A stretch of 64,000 nucleotides of DNA from an uncultured Chloroflexia bacterium (lineage in GTDB: Bacteria > Chloroflexota > Limnocylindria > Limnocylindrales > CSP1-4): NCBI GenBank assembly GCA_963707215.1, contig CAVPPB010000003.1:321415-385414 (forward strand), given 5' to 3'. Below are positions 19,173 through 27,930 of this stretch, piece after piece (positions within the stretch are counted from its first letter, which is position 1; each line of letters opens with the position of its first letter). The translations under genes and the position numbers were made by a program. Below the pieces are notes generated by a model. It ran no database searches. It was not told where the DNA came from and was given only the letters and a program-made list of their open reading frames with translations.

Positions 19173-19781
19173 ATGGAGATCCGCCCCCTTTTGCCAGGAC
19201 TCTGGCCCGCCTTCGAGGCCTGGTTCGCGAGCCGGGATACGTCGAGCGACGCTCGGGGATGCTGGTGCATGTGGTGGCGACGGCGAGGGCTCGACTTCTC
19301 GAACACGACGGCCGCACGGAACCGGGAGGGGATGCGCGAGCTGACGGACCGCGCTGCCGCGGAAGGCACCCCGGCCCCGGGCCTCGTCGCCCTCGACGAC
19401 GACGGGCAACCGATCGGCTGGATCTCCGTCGGGCCGCGCGCCGACTTCGAGCGTCTCGAACGGTCGCGGACCATCCCCCGCCTCGACGACCGGCCGGTCT
19501 GGTCGGTCGTCTGCTTCGTCGTCGGTCGGAGCGTGCGTGGGCAGGGAGTGGCCAGGGCTCTGCTCGACGGGGCGATCGAGTACGCCCGGGCGAGCGGCGC
19601 GACAGCCCTGGAGGCCTATCCCGCCGACCCGGGGGAAGGGCGCCTGCCAGTGGCCGCCGCCTACACCGGAGTGCTCACGACGTTCGAAGCAGCGGGGTTC
19701 CAGAGGGTGGCCGCGACGACCAGCCACACCGGCGGTGCACCCCGGGTCGTCGTCCGGCTCGAGCTCGGGGCGGTCCGCTGA
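19173..19781 (+). CDS. GNAT family N-acetyltransferase (CWC-motif subfamily, paralog of 9813..10427)
   Basis: RGCWCMWWRRRG; VVGRSVRGQGVARALL motif A. Colinear with the 9.8-kb copy. Confidence 0.8.
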   Translation: MEIRPLLPGLWPAFEAWFASRDTSSDARGCWCMWWRRRGLDFSNTTAARNREGMRELTDRAAAEGTPAPGLVALDDDGQPIGWISVGPRADFERLERSRTIPRLDDRPVWSVVCFVVGRSVRGQGVARALLDGAIEYARASGATALEAYPADPGEGRLPVAAAYTGVLTTFEAAGFQRVAATTSHTGGAPRVVVRLELGAVR

Positions 19782-19810
19782 CGGCACGGGGCGGCCATGA
19801 TCAGCGGCCG

Positions 19811-20371
19811 ATGGCGACGACCGGGTGGTCCGGCGGCCGGACGGGTCGGCGCACCGCCATCGTCGTTGCGGTCGGCCTGATCGCGGTCGTCCTCGGGGCC
19901 ACCGGATGCGGCGCACCCGACCAGCCGGGTCCGACGGGGATCCGGGGCTGGCCGATCGAGACGATCCGGGTCGGCGACCGGACGCTGACCGTCACCCGGG
20001 CGCTCGACACGTCCGCCGGCCTGTCCGGCATCGACTCGCTCGGCGGCCTCGACGGCATGCTCTTCGCGTACCCCCAGGAGCAGAGCCCGACCTCGCGACG
20101 GTTCCACATGACGGACGTCCGGTTCCCGCTCGACGCCCTCTTCTTCGACGCCGGAGGGGTGCTCATCGAGTCGGTCCGGATGGAGCCATGCCCAGCGGAG
20201 CCATGCCCGCGCTATGCTCCGGCGCGGCCGTATCGCTGGGTCGTCGAGGTCCCTGCGGGCTCCCTGCGACCCATCCCGGGCGCGGTCCTCCGGATGGCTC
20301 CGGCCGACGACAGCCGGTCCGATCCCCTACCCGGAGGTTCGGGCTTGACGGGGTGGACCGACCGCGCCTAG
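19811..20371 (+). CDS. DUF192 domain protein with N-terminal signal/lipobox
   Basis: ATG 19811. VVLGATGC lipobox. GMLFAYPQEQ...FHMTDVRFPLDALFFDAGGVLIESVRMEPC. Confidence 0.8.
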   Translation: MATTGWSGGRTGRRTAIVVAVGLIAVVLGATGCGAPDQPGPTGIRGWPIETIRVGDRTLTVTRALDTSAGLSGIDSLGGLDGMLFAYPQEQSPTSRRFHMTDVRFPLDALFFDAGGVLIESVRMEPCPAEPCPRYAPARPYRWVVEVPAGSLRPIPGAVLRMAPADDSRSDPLPGGSGLTGWTDRA

Positions 20372-20549
20372 ACTCCGCGACCGGTGCGGACCCCGCACCA
20401 TGTCCAGCTCAGAGGAGGCCATCTCCGAATGAGGAACCTCAGCACCTTCGGCGTGATGCCGGCCGCCATCGGCGCGGCTCGGTTCCGCGGGAGATCTGTG
20501 CCCACCTCGAGCTAGGACCAGGCGGTAGGACCGCCCCCCAGCAGACCAC

Positions 20550-20577
20550 GAGCCGTGGGCACGATCGGGCCCACGGC
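20550..20577 (+). terminator. perfect 10-bp GC hairpin (terminator/attenuator candidate) in the ABC-2 leader
   Basis: AGCCGTGGGC-acgatcgg-GCCCACGGCT followed by TCTTGTAT. Confidence 0.4.
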
Positions 20578-20722
20578 TTCTTGTATGCCCGCGAACGCGG
20601 GCGCACGAGCCGCCGGCCCATCCGCGAGACGTCGCATCGGGCCCGCGGCTCGTCCGTTCCAACGGACCCCGCGGCTCCGGTGCCAGGCCTTCAGGCAGCA
20701 ACCGACACCAGGAGCCACCACC

Positions 20723-21671
20723 GTGACCACCACCCTCAGCCCGGAACAGAAGATCCCGACGGCTCTCCGTCCCGCGGTCGAGGGCGTCCTCGACCCGGCG
20801 GCCCCACCGGCCGGAGGCCCCGAGCCCTCGGGCGCGGCCATCCCGGCAGCGCTCGCCGACGGCGCCCGGACCGCCCTCGTCGTCGAGGACGTCACGAAGC
20901 GCTTCGTCGTCGGTCGCCGGAAGGAGCCCGTCCTCGCCGTGGACCACGTCTCGCTCCGCCTGGAGCGGGGCAGCATCCTGGGCGATCCTGGGCGCCAACG
21001 GATCCGGCAAGTCGACGCTCATCCGGCTGGTCTCCGGCCTGCTCACCCTCGACGAGGGTCGGGTCACCGTCTTCGGCCACGACATCGAGCGCGACGAGAT
21101 GGCCGTCAAGCGGCTCATCAACCGGGTCTCCGTGGACGCCGCCTTCTTCAAGAAGCTCAGCCCGCTGGAGAACCTCAGCTTCGCCGCGCGGCTGTACGGG
21201 CTCGACGCCCGGACGGCCCGAGCCGAGGCGATCGCGATCCTGGCTCGGCTGGGCATCTCGGAGAAGCGGATCGGCCGACCCATCGAGCAGATGAGCCGGG
21301 GGATGCAGCAGAAGGTCGCCATCGCGCGAGCCCTGCTGACGAGCCCCTCGCTCCTCCTCCTCGACGAGCCCACGACCGGGCTCGACCCGCGGAGCAAGCT
21401 CGACGTCCAGGCGTTCGTGGAGGATGTCCGTTCGACGCACGACGCGGCGATCGTCCTCACGACCCACGACCTGGCCGAGGCCGAACGGCTGTCCGACCGG
21501 ATCGTCGTCCTCGACGCCGGCCGGGTCGTCGCCGAGGGCACGCCGGACGAGCTCAAACGGCTGGTGGCCGAACGCCACGGCCAGCCGCCAACGATGGACG
21601 CCGTCTTCCTGACCCTGACGGGTCGCTCGCTCGACGAGGACGTCGACGAGGAGGGCAGCGATGACGAATGA
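20723..21671 (+). pseudogene. ABC-2-type exporter ATP-binding protein, frameshifted by a 10-bp tandem duplication in the Walker A codons
   Basis: GTG 20723 behind AGGAG. The N-part reads ...VVEDVTKRFVV...VDHVSLRLERGSILG. After 20985 the +1 frame reads ILGANGSGKSTLIRLVSG...SRGMQQKVAIARAL...LLLLDEPTTGLD...TTHD through to 21671. Confidence 0.85.
20975..20994 (+). repeat. perfect 10-bp tandem duplication ATCCTGGGCG x2
   Basis: Read directly: 20975-20984 equals 20985-20994. Removing one copy restores GSILGANGSGKST. Confidence 0.9.
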
Positions 21672-21707
21672 CGACACCAGCGAACACCGATGAAGGGAGG
21701 TGACCCG

Positions 21708-21911
21708 ATGCACGCCGCCATCCACCAGCGCCTGTGGCTCGCCCGGGCGCACCGAGAGCACGACCTGGCCCAGGCCGCTCGCGCCCGGCTCCTGCGCCCT
21801 CACCGCGCAGGTCCCGACCGACCGGTCCGTGCTCGGGTCGGTCGCTCGATCATCCGCCTCGGGGAGCGGCTCGCCGCAGAGCCGCACCTCGAGCCGGCCC
21901 GGCCCCGCTGA
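21708..21911 (+). CDS. small Arg-rich hypothetical protein (67 aa), paralog of 55294..55563
   Basis: GAAGGGAGG then ATG 21708. MHAAIHQRLWLARAHREHDLAQAARARLL...VRARVGRSIIRLGERLAAE. Lies between the ATPase and permease genes. Confidence 0.5.
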   Translation: MHAAIHQRLWLARAHREHDLAQAARARLLRPHRAGPDRPVRARVGRSIIRLGERLAAEPHLEPARPR

Positions 21912-21949
21912 GGGGCCGGGCCGGCACAACCACTCGAAGGGACACTCCG

Positions 21950-22759
21950 TTGACCGCACTCGCACCGCTCGCGCACGAGGTCAGGGCCTCGTACGCGTTC
22001 ATCGAGCGCAACGCCTTCCTGACCCGACGCTACTGGGGCTGGGAGATCGCGTTCCTCGTCTACTCCGTCGCCGGAGCCCTGTCGATCGCCCTCATCGGCG
22101 CCGACCAGGGCGATCAGCGGCTGCTCCTCGTCCTGATGATCGGGGCGATCATGTGGAACTACCTCTCGGTGGTCTTCAGCTGGATCGCCGAGACCATCGC
22201 CGTCGAACGCTGGGAGGGCACGCTCGAGTACACGATGATGGCGCCGGTCCGGCGCTCGACCCAGCTGCTGGGCTCCTGTCTGTACGCCATCGCCTACGGC
22301 CTGGTCCACACGGCGGCGATCCTCGTCGTTCTCGTGCTCTTCTTCGGCCTCGACCTGACCGGGGCCCACCTGCCGACGGTGGCGCTCTTCATCGGCCTGG
22401 GCTCGTTCAGCTTCGTCGGCATCGGGATGCTGGCCGCGATCCTGCCTCTGCTCTACGTGGAGCGAGGTGCCCAGATGACCTTCGTGCTCCAGTCCTGCCT
22501 GCTCCTCGTCTCGGGCGTCTACTACTCGGTCGAGGTGCTCCCGGAGTGGATGCAGGTCCTCTCGAAGCTGTCGCCGGCCACCTACGTCCTCGACGGCGTC
22601 CGCCGGGCGCTCATCGACGGCGTGCCGGCGACCGAGCTGGTCGGCGACATCGTGCCGCTGATCATCGCCGGCTTCGTCCTCATCCCCGTCGGCCTGTGGG
22701 CCTTCGGGCGCGCCGAGCGGTTCGCCAAGCGGACCGGACGGCTCAAGCGGGTGGGCTGA
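21950..22759 (+). CDS. ABC-2 type transporter permease
   Basis: TTG 21950 behind GAAGGGA. RASYAFIERNAFLTRRYWGWEI start and six hydrophobic helices. Confidence 0.8.
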   Translation: MTALAPLAHEVRASYAFIERNAFLTRRYWGWEIAFLVYSVAGALSIALIGADQGDQRLLLVLMIGAIMWNYLSVVFSWIAETIAVERWEGTLEYTMMAPVRRSTQLLGSCLYAIAYGLVHTAAILVVLVLFFGLDLTGAHLPTVALFIGLGSFSFVGIGMLAAILPLLYVERGAQMTFVLQSCLLLVSGVYYSVEVLPEWMQVLSKLSPATYVLDGVRRALIDGVPATELVGDIVPLIIAGFVLIPVGLWAFGRAERFAKRTGRLKRVG

Positions 22760-22762
22760 GCG

Positions 22763-23802
22763 ATGACCGACACCATCGCGGCGCCGGAGGCCCCGGCCAT
22801 CCCGGGCCTCCGGTTCCGCCCATACCGAGGGCTCGAGGACATCCCGGGCATGGCGGCCGTCGCCGGCGCCGTCAACCGGGCCGCGGGCTCGGCGGACATC
22901 ACATCCGTCGACTCGATGGCCGCCCAGTACCGTAATCTCGAGAACTGCGACCCCGGCCTCGATATCACCGTGGTGGAGCGGGACGGGGCCACGGTGGCCT
23001 ACCAGCGGACCATGTGGGCCGACCGCGCCGAGGGCACCCGCGGTTTCGTGGCCGTCGCCTTCGTCGACCCGGATCACGCCGGTCGGGGGATCGAGGACGC
23101 CCTGCTGGCCATCGGCATCCGCCGCCAGGTCGCGCTGGCGGCCGAACTCGCTGAGCGGCTGCCGGCGCGACCGGCGATCCTCGTCCGCTTCGCCCGGAGG
23201 GCCGCGCCCGCCGACGTCACCCGCCTCGAGGGAGCCGGCTTCCGGCTCGCGCGCCGCTACGCCGAGCTGGCTCGGCCTGACTTCGAGGGCATCCCCGAGA
23301 TCGCTCCGCCGACCGGCATCGAGCTGCGGCGCATCGATCCGACCGACGAGGCCGTCATCCGGCAGGGCTGGGACGTCTCGACGGAGGTCTTCGCCGACAG
23401 CTGGGGCGAGAACCCAGCCAGCGAGGCCGAGTGGCGCAAGTTCCGCGAGTCGCCCGAGTGCCAGCCGGCGCTCTGGTGCGTCGCCTTCGACGCGAGCGAC
23501 CGGCGAGGTCGCCGGCCAGATCCTCAACTACCTCGGTCCGGCCGAGCCCGACGGCTCGATCGTCGGCTGGACCGAGTCCATCGGCGTCCGGGCGCCGTAC
23601 CGGCGCCGCGGGATCGGCCAGCGCCATGCTGGCCGAGAGCCTCCGGATCGTCCGCGACGCCGGCGCGACGCGGGCGGCGCTCGGCGTCGACCAGCAGAAC
23701 CCCAACGAGGCCCAGACGCTGTACGAGCGGCTCGGCTTCCGGGTCACCGTCGAGGAACTCGAGTACCACCGGCCGCTGGAGCTCGGCGAGGTGGGGCGAT
23801 GA
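22763..23802 (+). pseudogene. two-domain GNAT (MshD/mycothiol-synthase-like), interrupted by two +1 frameshifts
   Basis: Frame 0 runs to about 23500 (..ALWCVAFDASD). Frame +1 covers 23502-23624 (GEVAGQILNYLGPAEPDGSIVGWTESIGVRAPYRRRGIGQR). Frame +2 runs from 23626 (MLAESLRIVRDAGATRAALGVDQQNPNEAQTLYERLGFRV...). Its stop overlaps the rsgA ATG (ATGA). Confidence 0.75.
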
Positions 23803-24917
23803 GCAGTCACGACGCTCGCTTCCCTCTCGACGCCCTCGGCTGGGGCGGCCCCTTCGAGGCCTTCTACGCCGAGCACGACGGCCCCGGCATGGAACCCGGG
23901 CGGGTCGTCGCGACCCACCGGGAGACCTCCATCGTCCGGCTGGCGTCCGGCGACGTAGCGGCCCACGTCTCGGGGCGCTTCCGTCGCGACGCACTGGGGC
24001 CGGGCGACTACCCGGCCGTCGGCGACTGGGTCGCCATCGAGGCTCGGCCGGCCGAGCGGAGCGGCACGATCCAGGCGGTCCTGCCCCGGCGCAGCGCGAT
24101 CGCCCGCACCGCCGGGGACTCGAACCGGCGCGGTGGCGGGCGCCTCTCGGACGAGCAGGTCCTGGCCGCCAACGTCGACCTGGCCCTCCTCGTCGCGGCC
24201 ATCGACCGGGAGCCCAACCTGAGTCGCCTCGAGCGGTACCTGGCCCTTGCCTGGGGTGCCGGGGCCACGCCGGTCATCGTGCTCAACAAGGCCGACGCCA
24301 GCCCGGACGTCGGGGCGGCGATCGCCGCCGTCGAAGCGATCGCCATCGGCGTGGACGTCCGCCCGGTCAGCGCCGTCACCGGGAGCGGGGTCGAGGACCT
24401 CCGGACGGGTCACCTGCCACCGGGTCGGACCGCGGTCGTCCTGGGGCCGTCCGGCGTCGGCAAGTCGACGCTGACCAACGCACTCCTCGGAGAAGAGCAC
24501 TTCGCGGTCTCGGCCGTTCGCGCCTCCGACAGCCGCGGCCGCCACACCACGACCCACCGCGAGCTGGTCCCGCTGCCGGGCGGCGCCATGCTGATCGACA
24601 CGCCGGGCATCCGGTCGCTCGAGCTTCTCGGCGACGGCGGCGTGGCCGCGACCTACGGCGAGATCGAGGCGATCGCCGAAGCCTGCCGGTTCGCCGACTG
24701 CTCGCACGAGTCGGAGCCTGGCTGCGCCGTCCGGGCCGCTCTGGCCGACGGTCGAATCGACGCCCGTCGCTGGACCGGCTACGAGAAGCTCCGGCGAGAG
24801 GCCGCCCACGTCGCGCGACAGTCCGACCGGTCCCTGCGGGAGGCCGAGCGGCGACGCTGGAAGATGATCAGCAAGTCCGTCGGCGATCACATGAAGCGCA
24901 AGTACGGGAAGGGCTGA
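23799..24917 (+). CDS. rsgA: ribosome small-subunit-dependent GTPase A
   Basis: Circularly permuted GTPase: VLNKADA (G4), GPSGVGKSTLTNAL (G1), DTPG (G3), and the C-terminal zinc knuckle CRFADCSHESEPGC. Confidence 0.9.
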   Translation: MSSHDARFPLDALGWGGPFEAFYAEHDGPGMEPGRVVATHRETSIVRLASGDVAAHVSGRFRRDALGPGDYPAVGDWVAIEARPAERSGTIQAVLPRRSAIARTAGDSNRRGGGRLSDEQVLAANVDLALLVAAIDREPNLSRLERYLALAWGAGATPVIVLNKADASPDVGAAIAAVEAIAIGVDVRPVSAVTGSGVEDLRTGHLPPGRTAVVLGPSGVGKSTLTNALLGEEHFAVSAVRASDSRGRHTTTHRELVPLPGGAMLIDTPGIRSLELLGDGGVAATYGEIEAIAEACRFADCSHESEPGCAVRAALADGRIDARRWTGYEKLRREAAHVARQSDRSLREAERRRWKMISKSVGDHMKRKYGKG

Positions 24918-24919
24918 GG

Positions 24920-25975
24920 ATGACGACCGCTGCCGATCCGCCGACGCCGCTCCGGGCGTCCGGCTCCCGCGTCGTGATCCCCGACGGGCCCCGGGCGACC
25001 GGGCTGACCTTCCGCCGCTGGCGCGACGCGTCCGACCTCGACGGCTGGGTCGCGCTCGTCAACGCGTCGTGGGCTGCCGACGGCCTGCCATTCCGGACCG
25101 GGCCGGAGCAGGAGGGCATCGAGCTCCGGCGCACGCCCGGGTTCGACCTCGAGCGTGACGTCGTCCTGGCAGAGCTCGACGGTCGGCTCGTCGGCTTCGC
25201 CCGGACCGGCGCGGAGACCGCCAGCGAGGGCGTCCGGCGCCACTGGCTCTCGGTCATGGTGGCCCCGGACGGCCGGATCCCGGGAGTCCGAGAGGCGCTC
25301 CTCGACTGGGCCGAGCACCGTCACCGCGAGCGAGCGGCGTCGGAGACGAGCGAGGGACCGGCACCCGCTGATCGGGTCCTCGAATCCTGGGCGAACGAGC
25401 AGGAGCAGGACTGGCTGGCCCTCCTCGGGGCGCGCGGCTACCGGCCGGTCCGCTGGTTCACCGAGATGGTCCGCGACACGCTCGACGACCTGCCCGACCG
25501 TCCGCTGCCGGCCGGGCTCAAGGTGCGCCCCGTCCTGCCCGACGATATCCGGGCGATCCTCACTGCCAAGGACGAGGCATTCCAGGACCACTGGAGCCAC
25601 GTCCCGATGACCGAGGAGGACGTGCTCGCCGTCGTGGAGCATCCGCACACGGATCCGTCGCTCTGGGCGGTGGCCTGGGACGGCGACGACGTCGCGGGCC
25701 TCGTCATCGGCCACGAGCTCCACGACGACAACGCCGCCTTCGGCTGGCGCCGGGGCTGGCTCGCCAGCGTCGCGACGCGCCGGCGCTGGCGCAACCGCGG
25801 CCTCGCGTCGGCGCTCTGCGTCCAGGCGATGCGGCAGCTGCGCGACCACGGCCTGACCTCCGCCGCGCTCGGCGTCGACACGGAGAATCAGTCCGGCGCG
25901 CTCGGGCTGTACGAGCGGCTCGGGTTCCGACTCGATGTCCGGGCCGTGGTGATACGGCGACCGCTCGAGCCATAG
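24920..25975 (+). CDS. two-domain GNAT (MshD/mycothiol-synthase-like), intact paralog of 22763..23802
   Basis: ATG 24920. WAVAWDGDDVAGLVIGHE...VATRRRWRNRGLASALCVQAMRQLRDHG...LGVDTENQSGALGLYERLGFR. Confidence 0.8.
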   Translation: MTTAADPPTPLRASGSRVVIPDGPRATGLTFRRWRDASDLDGWVALVNASWAADGLPFRTGPEQEGIELRRTPGFDLERDVVLAELDGRLVGFARTGAETASEGVRRHWLSVMVAPDGRIPGVREALLDWAEHRHRERAASETSEGPAPADRVLESWANEQEQDWLALLGARGYRPVRWFTEMVRDTLDDLPDRPLPAGLKVRPVLPDDIRAILTAKDEAFQDHWSHVPMTEEDVLAVVEHPHTDPSLWAVAWDGDDVAGLVIGHELHDDNAAFGWRRGWLASVATRRRWRNRGLASALCVQAMRQLRDHGLTSAALGVDTENQSGALGLYERLGFRLDVRAVVIRRPLEP

Positions 25976-26185
25976 CGGACCCCGGGGTCCGGCGGCGGAG
26001 TCGCCGCCCTCGGCTATGGCACCGTCAGCGGGTTCCAGGGTGACGTAGCTGCCACCCAGCTGCCCGGCCATGACGCGAGGGGTGCCGTCTGCAGAATCGT
26101 GGACCACGAGCGAGGCCTGCTGCTCGGTGTCGCGCAACATCGCGTACGTGGCCCGGTAGACACCGTCGGCGTGTTCGTCGCCGGC

Positions 26186-26824
26186 TCAGAAAGGGAGCCG
26201 GCCGTCACGGCGGACCATCTCCAGCCAGGCCCGCTCCCGCCCGATGGTCGTCCCGGGGCCGTGGCCCGGCAGCACCCGGACCCGGTCCTCGAGGTCGGCC
26301 AGGCGAGCCAGTGAGGCGGCCATCGCCTCGGCCGAGCCACCCGGCAGGTCGATCCTCCCCCACCCCGCGGCGAAGAGCGTGTCACCGCTCAGGAGGATCC
26401 CCGAGTCCTCGTCGAGCAGGCACACGGAGCCCTCGGTGTGACCGGGCGTATGGAGGACCCGCAGGCGGATCGAGCCGAACCGCACGAGCCCGCCATCGGC
26501 CAGCTCTACGGCCGGGACGGAGGGCGGGATGTCGAACGGCGCGAGGAACGCGTCGGGGTGCTCGAGCCCATCCCGGTCGAGCGGGTGCACGGCGATCTCA
26601 GCCCCGGTGTGCTCGGCGACGGCGGCGTTGTCGCCGATGTGGTCCCAGTGCCGATGCGTCGAGACGATGAGGCGGAGCGTCCACGACCGGGCCGCCAGCT
26701 CGTCGGCGATCCAGGCCAGGCACGGGGCAGCCGTGTCGATCGCCATCGCCTCGCGAGTCCGCTCATCGGCCAGGACGTAGACGTTCGTGGGCAGGGGCCC
26801 GACGGGACGCGACAGCAGCTCCAT
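26186..26824 (-). CDS. MBL-fold metallo-hydrolase (glyoxalase II-like)
   Basis: Start at ATG 26824 (MELLSRPVGPLPTNVYVL). STHRHWDHIG metal motif. HTPGHTEGS. LPGHG. Confidence 0.85.
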   Translation of the reverse strand: MELLSRPVGPLPTNVYVLADERTREAMAIDTAAPCLAWIADELAARSWTLRLIVSTHRHWDHIGDNAAVAEHTGAEIAVHPLDRDGLEHPDAFLAPFDIPPSVPAVELADGGLVRFGSIRLRVLHTPGHTEGSVCLLDEDSGILLSGDTLFAAGWGRIDLPGGSAEAMAASLARLADLEDRVRVLPGHGPGTTIGRERAWLEMVRRDGRLPF

Positions 26825-26996
26825 CGGCGGAGTGTGGCAGAGCGCCGGCGAGCCGTCGCGCTCGAACTCGACGGTCCGGTCGAACCGGTGCCGATGGACC
26901 GAGCGACCCGGCCCGGCGCCCCGCGATGATGGTCCGTTCGGCCCACGGGCCGCGGCGGGCCGCGGCGTAGACTCGGGGCAGAAGGGAGGGTCGCGC

Positions 26997-27239
26997 ATGG
27001 CGACGACGATCAAGGTGACCCTCGCGTCCTGGGACGACCCCGAGTTCCGGGCCGCCTTCGAGCAAGCCTACGACCAGGTCAAGACGGAGGGGGTCGCCCT
27101 CGACACCCCCGACGCCGGTCTCCGGGTCCAGAACCTCCTGGCGGCGGCCGGTTTCCCGGGCGCTCACGTCGACGTCGTACGAACGCCGAACGAGGCCCTG
27201 GAGCACCTCGCCCACTGGACGGTGCGGCGGACGGCCTGA
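26997..27239 (+). CDS. small hypothetical protein (80 aa)
   Basis: GAAGGGAGGG then ATG 26997. MATTIKVTLASWDDPEFRAAFEQAYDQVK... Good third-position bias. Confidence 0.55.
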   Translation: MATTIKVTLASWDDPEFRAAFEQAYDQVKTEGVALDTPDAGLRVQNLLAAAGFPGAHVDVVRTPNEALEHLAHWTVRRTA

Positions 27240-27290
27240 CCTCTGCGACTCGGAGCCCGAGCGGTCTCGACCGCGGGGCGACGCCTGCTC

Positions 27291-27734
27291 TCAGGCCTCG
27301 AGCTTCGCCCGGATGCAGTCGAACGTCTGCCCGATGAGCTTGTTCGCGGTCCCCTCGATGAGCCGAGCGCCGACCGAGGCGATCGTGCCGCTGATGGTGA
27401 CATCGGCGACCCAGTCCATGACCGTCGCGCCCGGCTCATCGCCATCCTTGAGCGACATCGTGGCCGTGGCATCGACGGCGCTGCCCGGCGCCTGGCCGCG
27501 GGCCTTGATGACGGCGCGATCGGGGGCGGCCTGCTCGGCCAGCTCGATGTCCCCGGCGAAGCGGGCCGAGATGAAGCCGACCCCGACCTTGGCGACGGCG
27601 TTGAAGCGCGTGTCATCGATCTGCTCGATCGACTCGACGCCCGGGCCGCAGGCCCCGACCTGCCGGGGGTCGACGACGAACGCCCAGACCTTGTCGCGGG
27701 GGGCGCGGATGACGACGGTGCCCGAGAAGTTCAC
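27291..27734 (-). CDS. coxG: CoxG (SRPBCC) carbon-monoxide-dehydrogenase subunit G family protein
   Basis: MNFSGTVVIRAPRDKVWAFVVDP...ISGTIASVGARLIEGTANKLIGQTFDCIRAKLE. Confidence 0.85.
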   Translation of the reverse strand: MNFSGTVVIRAPRDKVWAFVVDPRQVGACGPGVESIEQIDDTRFNAVAKVGVGFISARFAGDIELAEQAAPDRAVIKARGQAPGSAVDATATMSLKDGDEPGATVMDWVADVTISGTIASVGARLIEGTANKLIGQTFDCIRAKLEA

Positions 27735-27930
27735 GCTGGACCTCCGCTGCTGATCCGCTCACACGCCACTGCCGGGCCCAGCGGGTAGGTCGCTGGCGAG
27801 GTCGCGGACACAGCGCGTCCGACATGCCCGGGAAGGGGCGAGGATAGGCTCGACGGATGGACGAGTCAATGCGCCCGCACGGATGGCCCGGAGCGCTGCC
27901 CGCGGCCTGGCCGGGCCCTGCCTCTACCCG

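Noticed and set aside
20555-20722. N-terminal 56 aa of the 369-aa ORF as part of the ABC ATPase
   Set aside because: This stretch contains the leader hairpin and has no ABC homology. A GTG with AGGAG at 20723 gives a normal-length N-terminus.
22763-25975. 1070-aa ORF in the track that looks like one giant protein
   Set aside because: It is a stop-free read-through in GC-rich DNA across three genes: GNAT1 frame 0, the out-of-frame rsgA region and GNAT2. Only its first roughly 245 aa and last 351 aa resemble real proteins. The middle is Arg/Pro/Gly-rich shadow sequence, and rsgA is clearly encoded in another frame.
25976-26185. Minus-strand peptide-like reading (…DEHADGVYRATYAMLRDTEQQASLVVHDSADGTPRVMAGQLGGSYVTLEPADG…) in the 210-nt gap after the MBL hydrolase
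   Set aside because: It has no stop codon before running more than 1 kb antisense into the GNAT gene. It has no RBS and I recognise no family. At most it is a gene remnant.
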